Assembly (NCBI RefSeq): GCF_964204865.1
Contig: NC_135254.1
Location: 13,454,001 to 13,518,000 of the forward strand
Direction of reading: 5' to 3'
From: Styela clava
Taxonomy: Eukaryota
DNA: 64,000 bases
Notes under the pieces: model-generated
The model's database searches: none
Seen by the model: only the letters and a program-made list of their open reading frames with translations
Told to the model about the DNA's origin: nothing
Made by a program: the position numbers and the translations under genes
Shown here: in pieces, positions 45,467-58,624 of the stretch
Position numbering within the stretch: the first letter of the stretch is position 1
How the letters are laid out: each line of letters opens with the position of its first letter

Positions 45467-46487
45467 CCAGACTGGATTCCATGGCAGGTGCACGCCCGAG
45501 GGCGCTAGCGCTCCGCAAAAATGCACGCGAGCGAAATCAATTTTGCACGCCGAAAATTTGCAATTGCTCACCAATGTAAATCGGTTTAAATGGTTTTAAA
45601 ATCAATAATCCAGTAATATAAAGATGCCAAAATATTATACCTCCACAATTGTCGACAAATACCAGCTTGCAAGATTTGGTCGAAATATTGCGAAGCAAAA
45701 AGACCATGGACCTTTCCCCAACCTTTGACCCGCGAAAAATTCCTCTCATTGTTACGTCCTTTTTTGCATCTTGCTGATTGGCTAATGTCACGAAGTAAAC
45801 AAGGAAGTCGATGCTCGGGGAAAGGTCCATATCGTGTTGAATGATAGGAAATAGGAATCCCGTGAGAATAGTTATGGACGAAAAGATCGCCTCCGCACCA
45901 ATGGCCAAGTACGGCTCTGATTCAGCGTATTTTTCATACAATAATTTTACACGAATGTACTGAACAGTACCGGTATCTAAAGTTGCTCAAACACTCCCAA
46001 AATTAGTGACAAAGTATGAAAATAATGTTTGGGGTCAAAGGTCAAACGTCCATTTTGCTCTAATTTGACGTATTTTTTATCCATTATTTCTACGTAAAAA
46101 CACTACCAAAATTAATGACAAAGTATGTCCATTTTGCTCTGGTTCAACGTATTTTTTATCCAATAATTTTACGCGGATGTACTGAACAGTACCGGTATCC
46201 AAAGTCGCACAAACACTCTCAAAATTAGCGACAAACTGTAGAAATAATGTTTGGGGTCAAAGGTCAAACGTCCATTTTTTCTCTGATTCAACGTATTTTT
46301 TATCCGATACCGGTAATTTTACGCGGATGTATTGAGAGGTATCTGATGTCAAAGTCAGTTGCACGCGAGTGCAGTTGTTTTGCACGTCGTGAGCTATAAT
46401 TGCACGCCAGGAATTCTTATTTGCACGCGGGAATTTCTGATTGCACGCCCGATTTCTCGTTCAAAAAGGCCATGAAATCCAGACTGG
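45467..46487. mobile_element. Non-autonomous TIR DNA transposon (1021 bp), superfamily unresolved
   Basis: TIR CCAGACTGGATTCCATGGC / GCCATGAAATCCAGACTGG; perfect 8-bp TSD TATCAGTA; subterminal TGCACG repeats; internal tandem units of about 225 bp. It is inserted in an older palindromic element (CGAAGCACAAAATC near 45412 versus GATTTTGTGCTTCG near 46574). Confidence 0.85.
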
Positions 46488-47680
46488 TATCAGTAGTCTA
46501 TATTGATAGTGAAACGGAACTTTTTATGTCGTTTTACTATCAATATAAATTTCACTTTTGAAAAAAAAAAATTGATTTTGTGCTTCGTTTCGATGTATGA
46601 TATATTGTCGACCTAAGTAATTTTTGACTTTAGCTTCAGATATTGCAGTAGTGTGTATTTTTCTATCATGTTAAATTCATGTAATATCGCTAAGAGGCGT
46701 ATAGACTAATTATGTTGATCAAAATGGAATCTTCATTATTTCTGACCAATGTATTATCATTAACCAATGTATTATCATTAACACACAATTCTGTGTACAA
46801 TGAAAAAAAGGGTATCGACACCAGAAACAAGTCAAGGCTTTGCGTGCATTGAATAAAATTTCAGTGACTTCATTGGAGCTCGTTTACTAGGCAAATTCTC
46901 TTCTGCCGACGTTTTTTGCTAAAAACTCTCAAATGCTACGTAACATTATTTTCTTCGGTAAATCTGATTGTTGTTTTTACAAGGAATCCATTTCTGATGT
47001 TTTTAGGTTGTGCTTCCATTTAGTTTATTGTGCAGTACTAGTTTGCCGATTTGTGCTATATAGAGGCCCATACTGTCTCGAACAGGAGGAATTAGCATTG
47101 ACTGTTATAATTGATTTATTAATTGTCATTATTATTGATTTATTAATTGAGTTATAATTTATCCTTTAATGTGGATGCTATACTTGAAATTGGAGAACTG
47201 TGCCATACTGGATTACTGTGATCCTGTTTTACTACTATCCTATATTGATTCCTATAATATGCATTCTAAACCCCAAATTTTTTGTGTATGCAATCATACA
47301 AAGTGTATTACTTTGCAAGCATAATTTTGTTGCAATTATAGAGGGCACAAATGATAAAAAAAGTAATGCCATTCTATGTTGATTTGATGAACAGCCTAGA
47401 GCAGCGGTTCCCAAACTATGGGTCGCGACCCACTGGCGGGTCACAAAAGGAATCTTAGTGAGTCGTGAAAAGATGTAGAAAGCTTTGATTATTATTATTA
47501 TTAGGATCGGTGGCGACTCGAATACGTAAATCTTCAAAATAAATTAAATTGAATTAAAATTCTAATCTGTGGAAGTTTCCTTTTTTCGATCTTCTCAAAG
47601 GAACAAAAATTTGCTACACAAAGAATAACCATGTTGCTTTTTTACGCAGAGCAGTTTTGTACACTGTACAGCACTTCTTA

Positions 47681-48057
47681 CCGTGTTTCCCCGAAATTTA
47701 GACAGGATTTAGATTTATTTTCTTTTGAAGAATAACACCATGTTTTTTTTTTGGAAGATGTCTTTTGTGTTCATTTATCAAAAATAAAATTACATTGTAG
47801 AAAATTACGAGATTTTAACATCTACTGTTTTTATTTGTATTTCCTATACAAAAATCAAGTAACAAATATCATAATTGTGATTGTGGCATCACACAATCTT
47901 GAATAGTGATGTGATCTTCACCTTACCTCAGGTCATTGAATCTTACCTCTCACACACATTTTGAATTTATCATAAGGGTAGGGTTTAACTAATAACATTT
48001 TTAAAATTCAAATTAGGTCTTATTTTCATACCAGGTCTTATTTTCAAGGAAACATGT
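47681..48057. mobile_element. Tc1/mariner-pogo (Tc2-like) MITE
   Basis: TA|CCGTGTTTCCCCGAAATTTAGAC ... GTCTTATTTTCAAGGAAACATGT|TA; CCG-type termini with TA flanks. Confidence 0.7.
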
Positions 48058-48362
48058 TAGTTTTGCGATGATTATCCATTGCTGTGTTCTGTGTTATGTC
48101 ATCTTGTGATTTGCTAAGTACGCCTTGAAAATTATCAGAATTGTGTTAAACATAACTAATATATGATTGAATATTTTTCATATTGTATAACTTATAAAGG
48201 TTGTTTTGTTGTTTCCTAGTTCAAATGCTGTGTATATGAATCAATAAGTTATTTTACCTACAGTTTTGGCGAGCTGCAGTTTATTTATTTGCTAAACCGA
48301 GTTTAGCGAACATGAGAGTTTTTTTTAGTATTTCAAGGGAAAATCAGGCAGAGATCTACAGG

Positions 48363-48829
48363 AGTGGTGACTCTTCTACGGCCCATGGGCCGGGGCCACG
48401 GCCCATCTAATTTGGCCACATGGGCCGTGGCCCATCAAGCTATGGGCTGCGGCCCCATCAGAAAAAATTCAATTATCTTAACAAAATTTTCAATTTTCAC
48501 AAAATTGTCAATATTCGAACCGAAAAAAATCGCGAGATGCCACCAAATTTTTTTCTTACGATAAGCCTTTATATAAAAATAAAGCAAAATACCAAGCAAC
48601 AGAAAAGAATACTCCTGTAGTATGTGTACCAGGTTAGGGTTAGGACAAAATTTCGTTCAGATTTTTCACATTATAGTCTAGTGCTATTATGAGTTCGGGG
48701 ACTGACTGTGTTAGCCAAGTAAATAGTCCTTTTACACAACTTGATGGGCCGCGGCCCATAGCCTGATGGGCCGAGGCCCAATTCGATGGGCTGTGGCCCC
48801 GGCCCATGGGCCGTAGTGGAGTCACCACT
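48363..48829. mobile_element. MITE with about 100-bp GGCCC-rich TIRs and a TTAGGG-MITE fragment inside
   Basis: AGTGGTGACTC..CTACGGCCCATGGGCCGGGGCCAC versus GTGGCCCCGGCCCATGGGCCGTAG..GAGTCACCACT. TSD not resolved. Confidence 0.78.
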
Positions 48830-50907
48830 TCCACTCGAGATGAGGAAGAAGAGTTGACCTTTATTCTTAAGGCCCACATTTTTACAAACTTTCAAAGGCA
48901 TAAAGTACACATCAACAATACCAGCGATTTTTTTTATCATGTAAGTGTGTCGTGAGTTTTATCCCTAATAATTTGGCGCCGTACAAACAAAAAGTTTGGA
49001 AACCGTTGGGTTCATAGAATATTTTTAAAGCTGCTTCAGGGGTTTTAACAATCCATATTTATATTTCAGCTTATGTAGCACTGTATATGTATTTTCATAG
49101 GAGAAATATATGTACAGGTTTTATATCTTTTAAAAGTGTTTGATACTTGATTCATTCCAAGTATAAGATATCTGGTGGCAACTGTTGTATATGGACGAGA
49201 CTCATCAACGCAGTGGATATAATTTGATGAAGTTTTGCTATTGGGAAATATTCCTACCTCACTAGTGCAGTATATTGCTGCAATTACAAAATATAGTAAG
49301 TTCTTATTGATCATCTCAATATTGGTGGATTTTATTAATCAAAATAATTAAATATTTTTTATAAATATTGTGGAGATTTTATTTTATTTTTATTTTGCGA
49401 TGGACAGACCTCAGAAGTTTTGTGCAATTTTTATCATATTCTAATACACCTTTATTCTGGTGAAGCAGGTATTGCAAATGAATTTTGGTTTTTAACATAT
49501 ATTGTGTTTTCATTTGTCAAATAATTGAAATTGCCAAATAATTTATGTTGTCTCCTCTTAAACATAAGAAAGGAATATTATTTGCTTTTCCCATAGGCAG
49601 TATAAATAGTCATATCTTAAAGTTTCTTCAGTTTATCTCAAATCCTTTTTGAACTCCTAATTTGGACAGACCTAAGCTAAATGTATCAGTGGAAATACAA
49701 TATCCAATACACACCATTCATCATTTTCAATGTTTTGACCACCTGTCATCCATTGAATGTTATCTATTTTATGTGGATACAACAATATTTATTTAAACTG
49801 TATTAAAAATGCCAGTAAGACAATACTGAAACGTTGATATTGATAGATTTGCCACTCTTATTATGAACGGATAATATCTGATCAAGTTTGGTTTAATTAA
49901 GTTATCATATACATATTTGTTTCCAAATATTGGTAATACATCGGAGGTAGATAATATAAGGTAAAATTTGTATTCAAGTAGCATGGTTCCCATGGGGATA
50001 ATCATCATTCCATTATTCTGTCACAGAGGGGATAGGTGTATAAAACACATTTGAAAATGAGATGGAAAATGGTGCAACGTTGTAGTACTTCTAATGTAGT
50101 GTAATATTCAGATTATTGTTTAACATTTCTAATGGCAATATTTCTAAATATTGACCCTCATGTTACAGCTGACTGAATTGTCCATGTGACAGTTTATAAT
50201 GTCTAATGAGCATAATTTGATAGTCATGTGGTCAATGAGACTTAGATTGCAAGTTATATCTTAATAAGGGATTTTTCAATAACATGCACTTTGCTCACGA
50301 CTGTTTTGCAATTTATCAATTTTGCAATGCAAGTTATATAGACTTGATATTATGATGTAATCGTCTGTAATTGATCATTATAATTACATTTATATCATTG
50401 ATAATTATGTCATTTCTACATCTAATTTGCTGAAAAAAAATATAATTATAGCAGCTGTGTTGGGGTCTGTTTAGTTGCTTTTGTGCTTTTCGTGTTGAAA
50501 CTTGCCTAGGAATAATATTTTGTAAGCAATGGGATTTAAATGTATTTTGAAAGACATAAATGATAGTGAAAATGGGGGAACACTACTTTTCCATAATCAA
50601 GGTGATTTTTCTTATGATATCTTCCTATGTTTTTTTACTGTTTGACTTAGCCTTTATTGTTTATTAGTCAGTTTTAAAATTTTAAATATATTGACGTCAC
50701 TGCCGATTAGTCAGTGTTTTTTCTAGTGCATGTTATACATTCTCACCAATATTCATTGCTACCTATATTCAAGTGTTATTCATACTATATGTCTATGGCA
50801 ATCTATCATTTTTTTATATTAGTGTTGATGTGCATCATAATGATGCATATAATGTAGGAACTGAGTCATTTCATGTTTATTGTATTATATTTTTCACAGA
50901 TCGGGAT

Positions 50908-52738
50908 ATGGCCGAAATGTGGCTCTGCTTCCCTTGTTGCATGTCAAATGATACAAGTTCTAATGTAAGTAATGCTTTTTTCTAATTCCAAATTGTCCTA
51001 GCTTAACAGAATCAGGAAGTAAATAATATAGCTGGTCAATTATTAAGGTGAATATCACCTCAAAGTAGTCTTGAATTTTGTGCCATTTACTGGTTCATTT
51101 TTGGGTATCTTGCAATAGTATTGTATAGTATTGAAAATATTTATCCATTTGCGGTGAAACATAAAATGCTTATTTAAGTTTGGTTTGTTTTATAAATACT
51201 ATTTTTTTTTGGTACACGCCCAAAATTCAGATTGTTTAATTGCCTGTTAACCGAAAAAAAAAATGATATGTTTTACATTGTTGTCAAAACATAATTCTGT
51301 TATGTATTATTTGTTACTAGTTACTGATGGTGAAGTAAGGTTATTTATGTACAAATAACTACACTGGTATATTCTTAATAAGAACGAGAACCCTTATCAA
51401 CTATGTTAATTCTAATTCATTTAAATTGATTATGACAACATGGTTTTACCACACAACAACCTTACATAGGTTTATTTAAGAACCGGTCACCCCTATCGTT
51501 TGTCTCATCATGCGCACATTATTTTAATCTTGCACATTTCACATGACGTTATTTACTTGATATCCAGTAGGCAGGGCAACGTATTAGCCTTCTACTAGAC
51601 TACTTTATATTTCCGACTGATAAATGCAAAATTTTGTACTACCGGCTTACTAAATCGATGATTATATTATTTGACCAATTGAAGCTGTTTACTTTTGAAA
51701 TATGCTTCATACATTAAATTCTGAATCCTTAGATATTGTTTGCCCAGTCCATTATAACATTTTTTCATACGTATATGCTATATAATTTGTGTTTTCATTC
51801 AGAAGAGGAGACCAAGGCGGAAAAAAATAGATCCAAGTATGATAGGAGCACCACAAAATTTTGTTCATTTAAATCACATAGGCTCTGGAGAGCCCACAGG
51901 TTCAGATGTAAGTGTATCTTGTCATTGTAGTATTTTTTCCACTAAGGGTTTTTAATGTGGTGTCCCTTTGACAAGTCAAATATCATTGCTTTACTCCTTT
52001 ATTTTGCTAGTAGCAGTAAAATAGTGAAACTTGGTATTTCTATTTCTTATAACTTGTTTATGAAGTGAGGCGTGTTTGTCTATAGGGAATTCTCTAAGTA
52101 CTATTATTGTCAACTTGTTAATAAGTCTGGTAAAAATGGTGTTCACCTAATAGAAGAGTTTGTATGTGCAAATTGAATTTTGTGTGCAAAATGCAGTACC
52201 TTTGAATATAATATACTGTCTTTATAAATAATATATAGAAAAAGGATGAAAGACTTTATATTCTAATTTTTATAGTCGCTAGTCGCTATCTCTGCTCCTA
52301 TTCAGGAAATGACAGGTCAAATATTATAAACTGCAGGTTGTTGTTGAAGTCGTTTAATACTATAGGGAGTATATGGTGTCTATGAGGTTCTAAAAATTTT
52401 CCAAATTGCAAAGGGAATTTATCGATACCTTATTGTTTTGGCCCTCACAGATGTATTAAATAAAGAAAAAATACTTAAACAATCACTGATTAAAAAACAA
52501 CAAACCTGGTTGAGATATACAGAGAATTGACTTCATAACAAAATTGAAACTGTAAAGTGACTTTATGGACACCCTGTATATGTATGTGTTCAACTAAAAC
52601 ATTTTGTTTCGTCCTCAGTTGTAATATTATAAAATATTTTAGATGCAAGATCATATGCAAAGTAAAGGCGGATATGAAGAAAAATCAGATGTTAATGTTC
52701 AAAGGAAATTAGATGATGTTCGGCCTGAAGGATCCTAG
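50908..52738 (+). CDS. CDC42SE2: CDC42 small effector (SPEC/CDC42SE family), 85 aa, 3 coding exons
   Basis: Exons 50908-50964 (MAEMWLCFPCCMSNDTSSN), 51803-51907 (KRRPRRKKIDPSMIGAPQNFVHLNHIGSGEPTGSD, a CRIB motif) and 52643-52738 (MQDHMQSKGGYEEKSDVNVQRKLDDVRPEGS*), joined by phase-0 GT-AG introns. The WxCFxCC, CRIB and MQSKGGY hallmarks are recognised. It may be the pro-ortholog of CDC42SE1/2. Confidence 0.93.
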
Positions 52739-55700
52739 CAGGTATTTTTATAACCTGTTAGACTGTTATAAATCGTGTGATTTATGTTAAATTGCTCCCA
52801 GCTAAATCTTCAGATTATTAAAATTTATGGTTTTTACTAGTTTAATATGAAGTTAAGTACATTAGAAGTTTGTGGTTACATTAAATTGCTTCTTCAGGTT
52901 TTATAATTAGCATTTTCCAGTCTTGATATGCACGATAATACTGACATTTTTTGCAGTTTCATTTTGTTAAATTATACTAAATAAGCATAAAACAAGTTGC
53001 ATGAAATTTTGCATAAATTGGAAGGGTTTTTCAGTGAACTTAATCAACTATATTGAAGATGTATCGGTACTAATTTGTGTTTTTCATCCTTTTCATGTCA
53101 AGATTTGCGATCAATATATGCGATATCCCAGATTTGAATTAAATTTCTCTGTTATTTCTTGCAATTATTAACAACTTATTTAGTTTTGGCCATCTGTGCC
53201 AAACAACAAAACTTCATTTCAATGTCCCTCTGATTCTGTGAACATGATAAAATGTCACAAAGTTTAGTTACTTAAATAAACATCTGATTGCATGATTTGC
53301 CGACTCTTGCCGGCACACATGACCAAATTAGCTTATTTGCGAGACTTTGTCTAGCATTATATTTATAATCTGTTGTTAAATGTGTTTCATATTATCATTA
53401 TAATTCTACAAGAAGCATGACATTTAATGTCTTAACGAGTTCATGATGTGAATTCATGATCTGAGTTGCGTAGTTTATCGATTATTTATATTTATCATTA
53501 CTAGTATCAGTAGTTTAATTAAGTAAAAAATGTATGAAAGATTTATAGTGCCGGTTACAATCTGCCTGAAGTATCAACATCTAATTTATCCATTGCTTTT
53601 GCATTACTGCATAATTAAGTTTGCAAACGTTATCTGATATTGATTACTTCATTATTAAATAAATAATACGTAAAATGATACCTTGGCATAAAACTTATGT
53701 ATTATGATTGTTTGTTTGATAGAAATGATAATTTGATAGCCTGGTAATAAAAACTGCTATTTACTTCAATACATAATCACTATTGATGATCAAAATTACT
53801 TTACTATTATTAGTGTTTTATTGTTTTGTCTGATTTTCAATAGCAAATTTTGAGTGATATTATAGATACACGATTGATCTCATTGAAGTTGTTAAATCAT
53901 ATAAATTGGCAAATATGATGCGACTTAATTTAATTTTCGTGTCTCTCGCCAATATATAATATTTGAAATAAATAAATTATTGTTTGTATATTTATAGATT
54001 TTATTCTGCAATATTTCTACATTTTGTTTATTCTTAAAGCTTTTTATTTTTCATTAGTATTATTTACTAAGACTATTCAAATCATGCTAAAAACCCTTTT
54101 TCTTTCTTTCAGAATACTTCATTCTAGCGAAGACAAATTTCAACATGTAATAAAAATACGTTTTCTGCGCATCAGGCCTGCCTGCGAAGCGACAAACGGT
54201 GCAATATTAAAGACAGTTTACTAGTACTACTGTACCACAGCACAATAACTACAAACGAGTACTGGTTCAGCTAACGAAATGACCGAATGGGTCTTATAAC
54301 TATTATTACGCTTTCTTTATTAACAATGTCTTCAACCTGGTGTTTTATTAATAAACAAAAGACCATACGGAACCAGATAAATGATAACCAAATTTTGGTA
54401 CAACAATGTCAAAATGATGATTTGCAGTATGAATGTTTTAATTTTTTTATGACTCTCTACAAGCTCGCCCCATATTATGTATAAGCAATGAAATAGATTT
54501 TTTATACAAATTTTAAATTATTTAGAGTTTTGATTTAAACACTGTTTTTTCTTTGCGCTGATAGAAAATTGTCTGGTTAGTTTTGCTTCTTTGCTAATGG
54601 GTAATAAATTAATAGCATTATCCTACTTTAAACAATATTCTTCTTATTAAAAGCCAACAGGTATGAGTTGAGAAGTATTATTGTAATACCTGAGGTATAA
54701 AATATTGTCAATGACTAGCTGTTTGGTACGCCATATCAAAACTCGAGGTTTTATATCTTTAACTTTACCATTTAAAATAGTTTTTTAATTTCAATCTTAT
54801 GTGAAAAATTATAAGCTAAATTTAACCTAAAAAATGATAGTCACTCCGATATTTTTTTCAGTTTTTAAAATAGTAGTTTTATAAAGAAAAACATTCCTGG
54901 ACCAACTTTGCGCCTATATTATGAATAATATTTTTTGCATGATTCTGCATGTTTATTCAGCATCACTGCCAAAGCCAGGCATTTATCAAATATAAGAAAG
55001 TCGAAGATGCCCTTTCATGTTGTTCTTATTTAGACTGTTTATTACATCACCATATGATATTCAATACTTTCTATATTCTAATTCCCAGAATTATGAATTT
55101 CAGCCTATAGATTGTTTTCACCTCTGTTCTCAATATGGAAAAAATATTATTTTTACCTGCATTTTGCTCAAAATTGATTCCTCCTGTTTGTATTCTGATA
55201 TCAGTAATATCCAAGACCATATACTATAACGCATTCATTTATGGTTATGCCAATCAAACTATTTGCCAAAATTGATTATGACGAATGTTTTCTGGATTAT
55301 GTTTTAACAAGATGATTTTGATATTTTTCGTCTGAAATTATCAGCTTCGAATATATTCGGAGATTGTTCCATTGCCTAAAGTAAAAAACAACCAAATCCA
55401 AGTTATATCTTTTTTCCGGAAATAATAAATCACATTGCAATTATCAAGCGTAATAATCCTAGCAAATCAAATAAAGTTTTTCAATTCGACTCCTGTTCCC
55501 GAACTTCACTGCGAACAAGGCCCTTCAAAAGCAGCTATATAAATCTAATGATATGTATTGAGCTACTATTTTCGGCGTACTCAATTTATTACACCCGGTT
55601 CAAGTGATGGAATGGGATTTGAACCTGAGATGTGTAACCTTGAATGCCAACACAGTTAAGTCTGACGCTTTTTACCGCTGCACTATTTAACTCACCAGTT

Positions 55701-56231
55701 CTGAATATCTCAGTCCTCATTCTCAAAGCTATGAGCAATCAATTTCAATATATTATGTAGCCGAATGAATAGCCACCTTTCAATTTTTTTTTACTTGAAT
55801 TATTTCATAATTAATATTATCATCTCTAAGAAATTAAGTTTACGAGATCAGAAGCAGTTGAAGACAATATTTGTTTCATCCATCCTTAAACCAATTTATG
55901 CAACCTACTGTGCCTTAGAGAAAAATATGTTATTTTCACTTTTTAAATTTCAACCGATTGTCCAATGATTTAATTTTGGTTAAACATTGATACGTTTGAA
56001 TTCAGTTGTAAAATATGATAATGAAATAACTTTATATATGTGTTGTTTCTAATCTTTCAGTTTCAGTTTATCAATTTTTATAAAAAGGAAATGTAACTAC
56101 AAAAAAAGCCAGCTAGTCGTATATTTTATGAATTTTTTCATAGTAATATTTATTGAGCTCAAAGTTGTAATCTTAATAACATTTTTATTAGAATGTAAAC
56201 AAAATATAAACTTAATCAAAGTGATCTAAAT

Positions 56232-56497
56232 CAGTCCCCCTTTTTAGGATTTGTCAAGTTTTTCGCCCCACCTCATAAATAACTAGCTAACAAATAACAG
56301 ATAGTAACCAGAAAGTATGTTTTATTCAAAAAACACGTTGAATATACATGGATAGAACATAAGTAATGAAATAAATGAAAAGTTTTAAAAACAAATAAAG
56401 CAGGCAAGATCAAATCTAGCAAATATTTTTATTTCCCCTAAAAAAATTGTCTACCCCCCCCCCTTGTGGGGTGCGGCCCAACGTTTGTGAACCACTG
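56232..56497. mobile_element. hAT-type MITE
   Basis: Perfect 8-bp TSD ATCTAAAT (56224-56231 and 56498-56505); CAGT...ACTG termini, with the left TIR damaged. Confidence 0.7.
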
Positions 56498-57347
56498 ATC
56501 TAAATGGTTAAAGTATCTCCATCATAACGTGAAACATATTACAATAAATCATTTTTCTGAACTGTCTGTTAATGATATCGTTACCCAAAGTTAAACCTTT
56601 TCGAAGCAGGTATTGTGATGAATTCCCTTGCCACATGCCTTCATTAAAAAATCAGTGTCTTAAATTTATTCGCTTACACAAGGTTAAAGACTGTGGTATA
56701 GGCATCCTTTCCTGCTATCCCTATTCTTTTCCACAAGATAGATAAATATTCATTGCTTGTTTGTGTCTTCATACCGATATTGCAAGTATTGTTGCTTGAT
56801 AGTTCTTCATAATGCTTGCTACCTTCTTATTGGCTGTGTCTTAAATATAGCTTATATTTAATGAAGAGAGCTATTGCTGTCTAAAAAATAAGGAATTCCA
56901 TTTTTCTCTTGAATTTAGATTGCTGAGCAAATATATAGTTATAGAGCATTAGCTCATGTTGATTGAAATAAAGTATTACTTTTCTTGCTGGCTGCAGAAA
57001 TTATCTGTCGTCTTCACTAACGAAAATGAATTCGATTGCTGAGACGTTAGAATATTATTTACATCACCAAAGTGTCTTAATTAAAATTTCTTATGCCATG
57101 CTTGTCCAAGCATGTTTCAATATAAAATGCATGTTTTATTTGTTATTGTACTGCAGTTTCTATTATTCATAACAAGTATTTTACTACTGCTGCGTTTATT
57201 TTTTATTATTATTGATCATGTTGGTATTATCATTATTCATGAATGTGCTTGTGTGTTTTTCCTTATTAACATTAAGCGTATTCAGAATAAAGAAAAGTAT
57301 ATACTTTGCATTTTTTTAGAGGAATTGGTTTGTTGTTTATGTTATAA

Positions 57348-58624
57348 TTGGACACGTAGTGGACATAACGATCGTTTCAATATTATGTTGTTGTTGTTCT
57401 TGTTCTTTGACACGTTTTTAAAAAGTCGCTTTTCTCTTCGAATACTGGGCCAATTGCTTTGAAATTTTCAGTGGTTAAAGAATAATTTTTTCGCTAGAAG
57501 GCTATTACTTTTGTTTATTCTTAAATTTTATATGAATCCTATGAGATATGATATTTCATACAAAATTTCGCGGTATTTATTTTTACTCATGGGAACACTG
57601 TTTTACACTTATTTCAAGCGGTTTCGCGATCGATTGTCTTGCTCAATACTACAGCTACTGTAGGTCGGTACTGGTAAGTTGCCATACCGGTACCGTAACG
57701 CAGTGAAATTGACTTATTCCTTCCGCGGTATTACTAATGCTGCAATGCAAGTTTTATAGCCTATCGTATGCGGAACGGAATATCAGACCTACAGGTTCGG
57801 TACCGGTAGCTCAGTACGTAAGTACGATACTGGTACTGGTACCGGTACCGGTGTCTTACCACAATGAAATTACCGTAACTTATTCTTTCACGGTCCTACC
57901 AGTGCAGTAATGCAAGCGTTGTAGCACTTGTAGCCTACTATATTTGTTTATTTTGATGAGAGTCTACTGGAAACAACATAAAATTTGAAAGGGAAGAATT
58001 GTTCTGTGATCAATTATCTGTCCTAAAGTGTAAACAACATAAAATTTGCAAGGGAACAACTGTTCTGTGACCAATTACCGTATATGGCCTACAGTGTACA
58101 GGTAAGATGCTGGCTGACTGCTAACCGGTACTGGTAGCTCAGTACGATACTGGTACTGGTGCCGGTACCGGTGTCTTACCACAATGAAATTACCGTAACT
58201 TATTCTTTCACGGTCCTACCAGTGCAGTAATGCAAGCGTTGTAGCACTTGTAGCCTACTATATTTGTTTATTTTGATGAGAGTCTACTGGAAACAACATA
58301 AAATTTGAAAGGGAAGAATTGTTCTGTGATCAATTATCTGTCCTAAAGTGTAAACAACATAAAATTTGCAAGGGAACAACTGTTCTGTGATCGATTACCG
58401 TATATGGTGTACAGGTAAGATGCTGCCTGACTGCTAACTCAGTACCGCTTGACACGTTTTTAAAAAGTCGCTTTTCTCTTCGAATACTGGACCGATTGCT
58501 TTGAAATTTTTATTGGTTAAAGATAAAAATTTTCTCCAGAAGGTTATTACTTTTTTTTTCGCTATGACGTCATCAAAATTATGTGACTCTACGTGTCCAT
58601 ATATTTGAGCATAGCTCTCTTGTT
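57348..58624 (+). mobile_element. HINE/DINE-1-like element, copy 2 (inverted relative to 41148-42454)
   Basis: Near-identical reverse complement of 41148-42454, with the same subTIRs, hairpin GAGCATAGCTC and internal duplication. Confidence 0.8.

Noticed and set aside
47402-49008. hAT-like end pair CAGCGGTTCCCAAACT / AGTTTGGAAACCGTTG
   Set aside because: The flanking 8-mers do not match, so I could not confirm a single element. Unpaired hAT ends at about 17071, 17611, 20457, 32870 and 34257 were set aside for the same reason.
51736-51930. ORF-track peptide EEETKAEKNRSKYDR plus the upstream MWLCFPCC looked like a G-protein alpha N-terminus
   Set aside because: The splice phase puts exon 51803-51907 in another frame that gives a clear CRIB motif, and no GAGES P-loop follows.
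52276-52315. Possible cassette exon in CDC42SE intron 2
   Set aside because: Its 40 nt would break the frame, and the 3-exon model already gives the expected length.
55590-55690. tRNA-like sequence (GGGATTTGAACC)
   Set aside because: No intact cloverleaf; probably a decayed SINE head.
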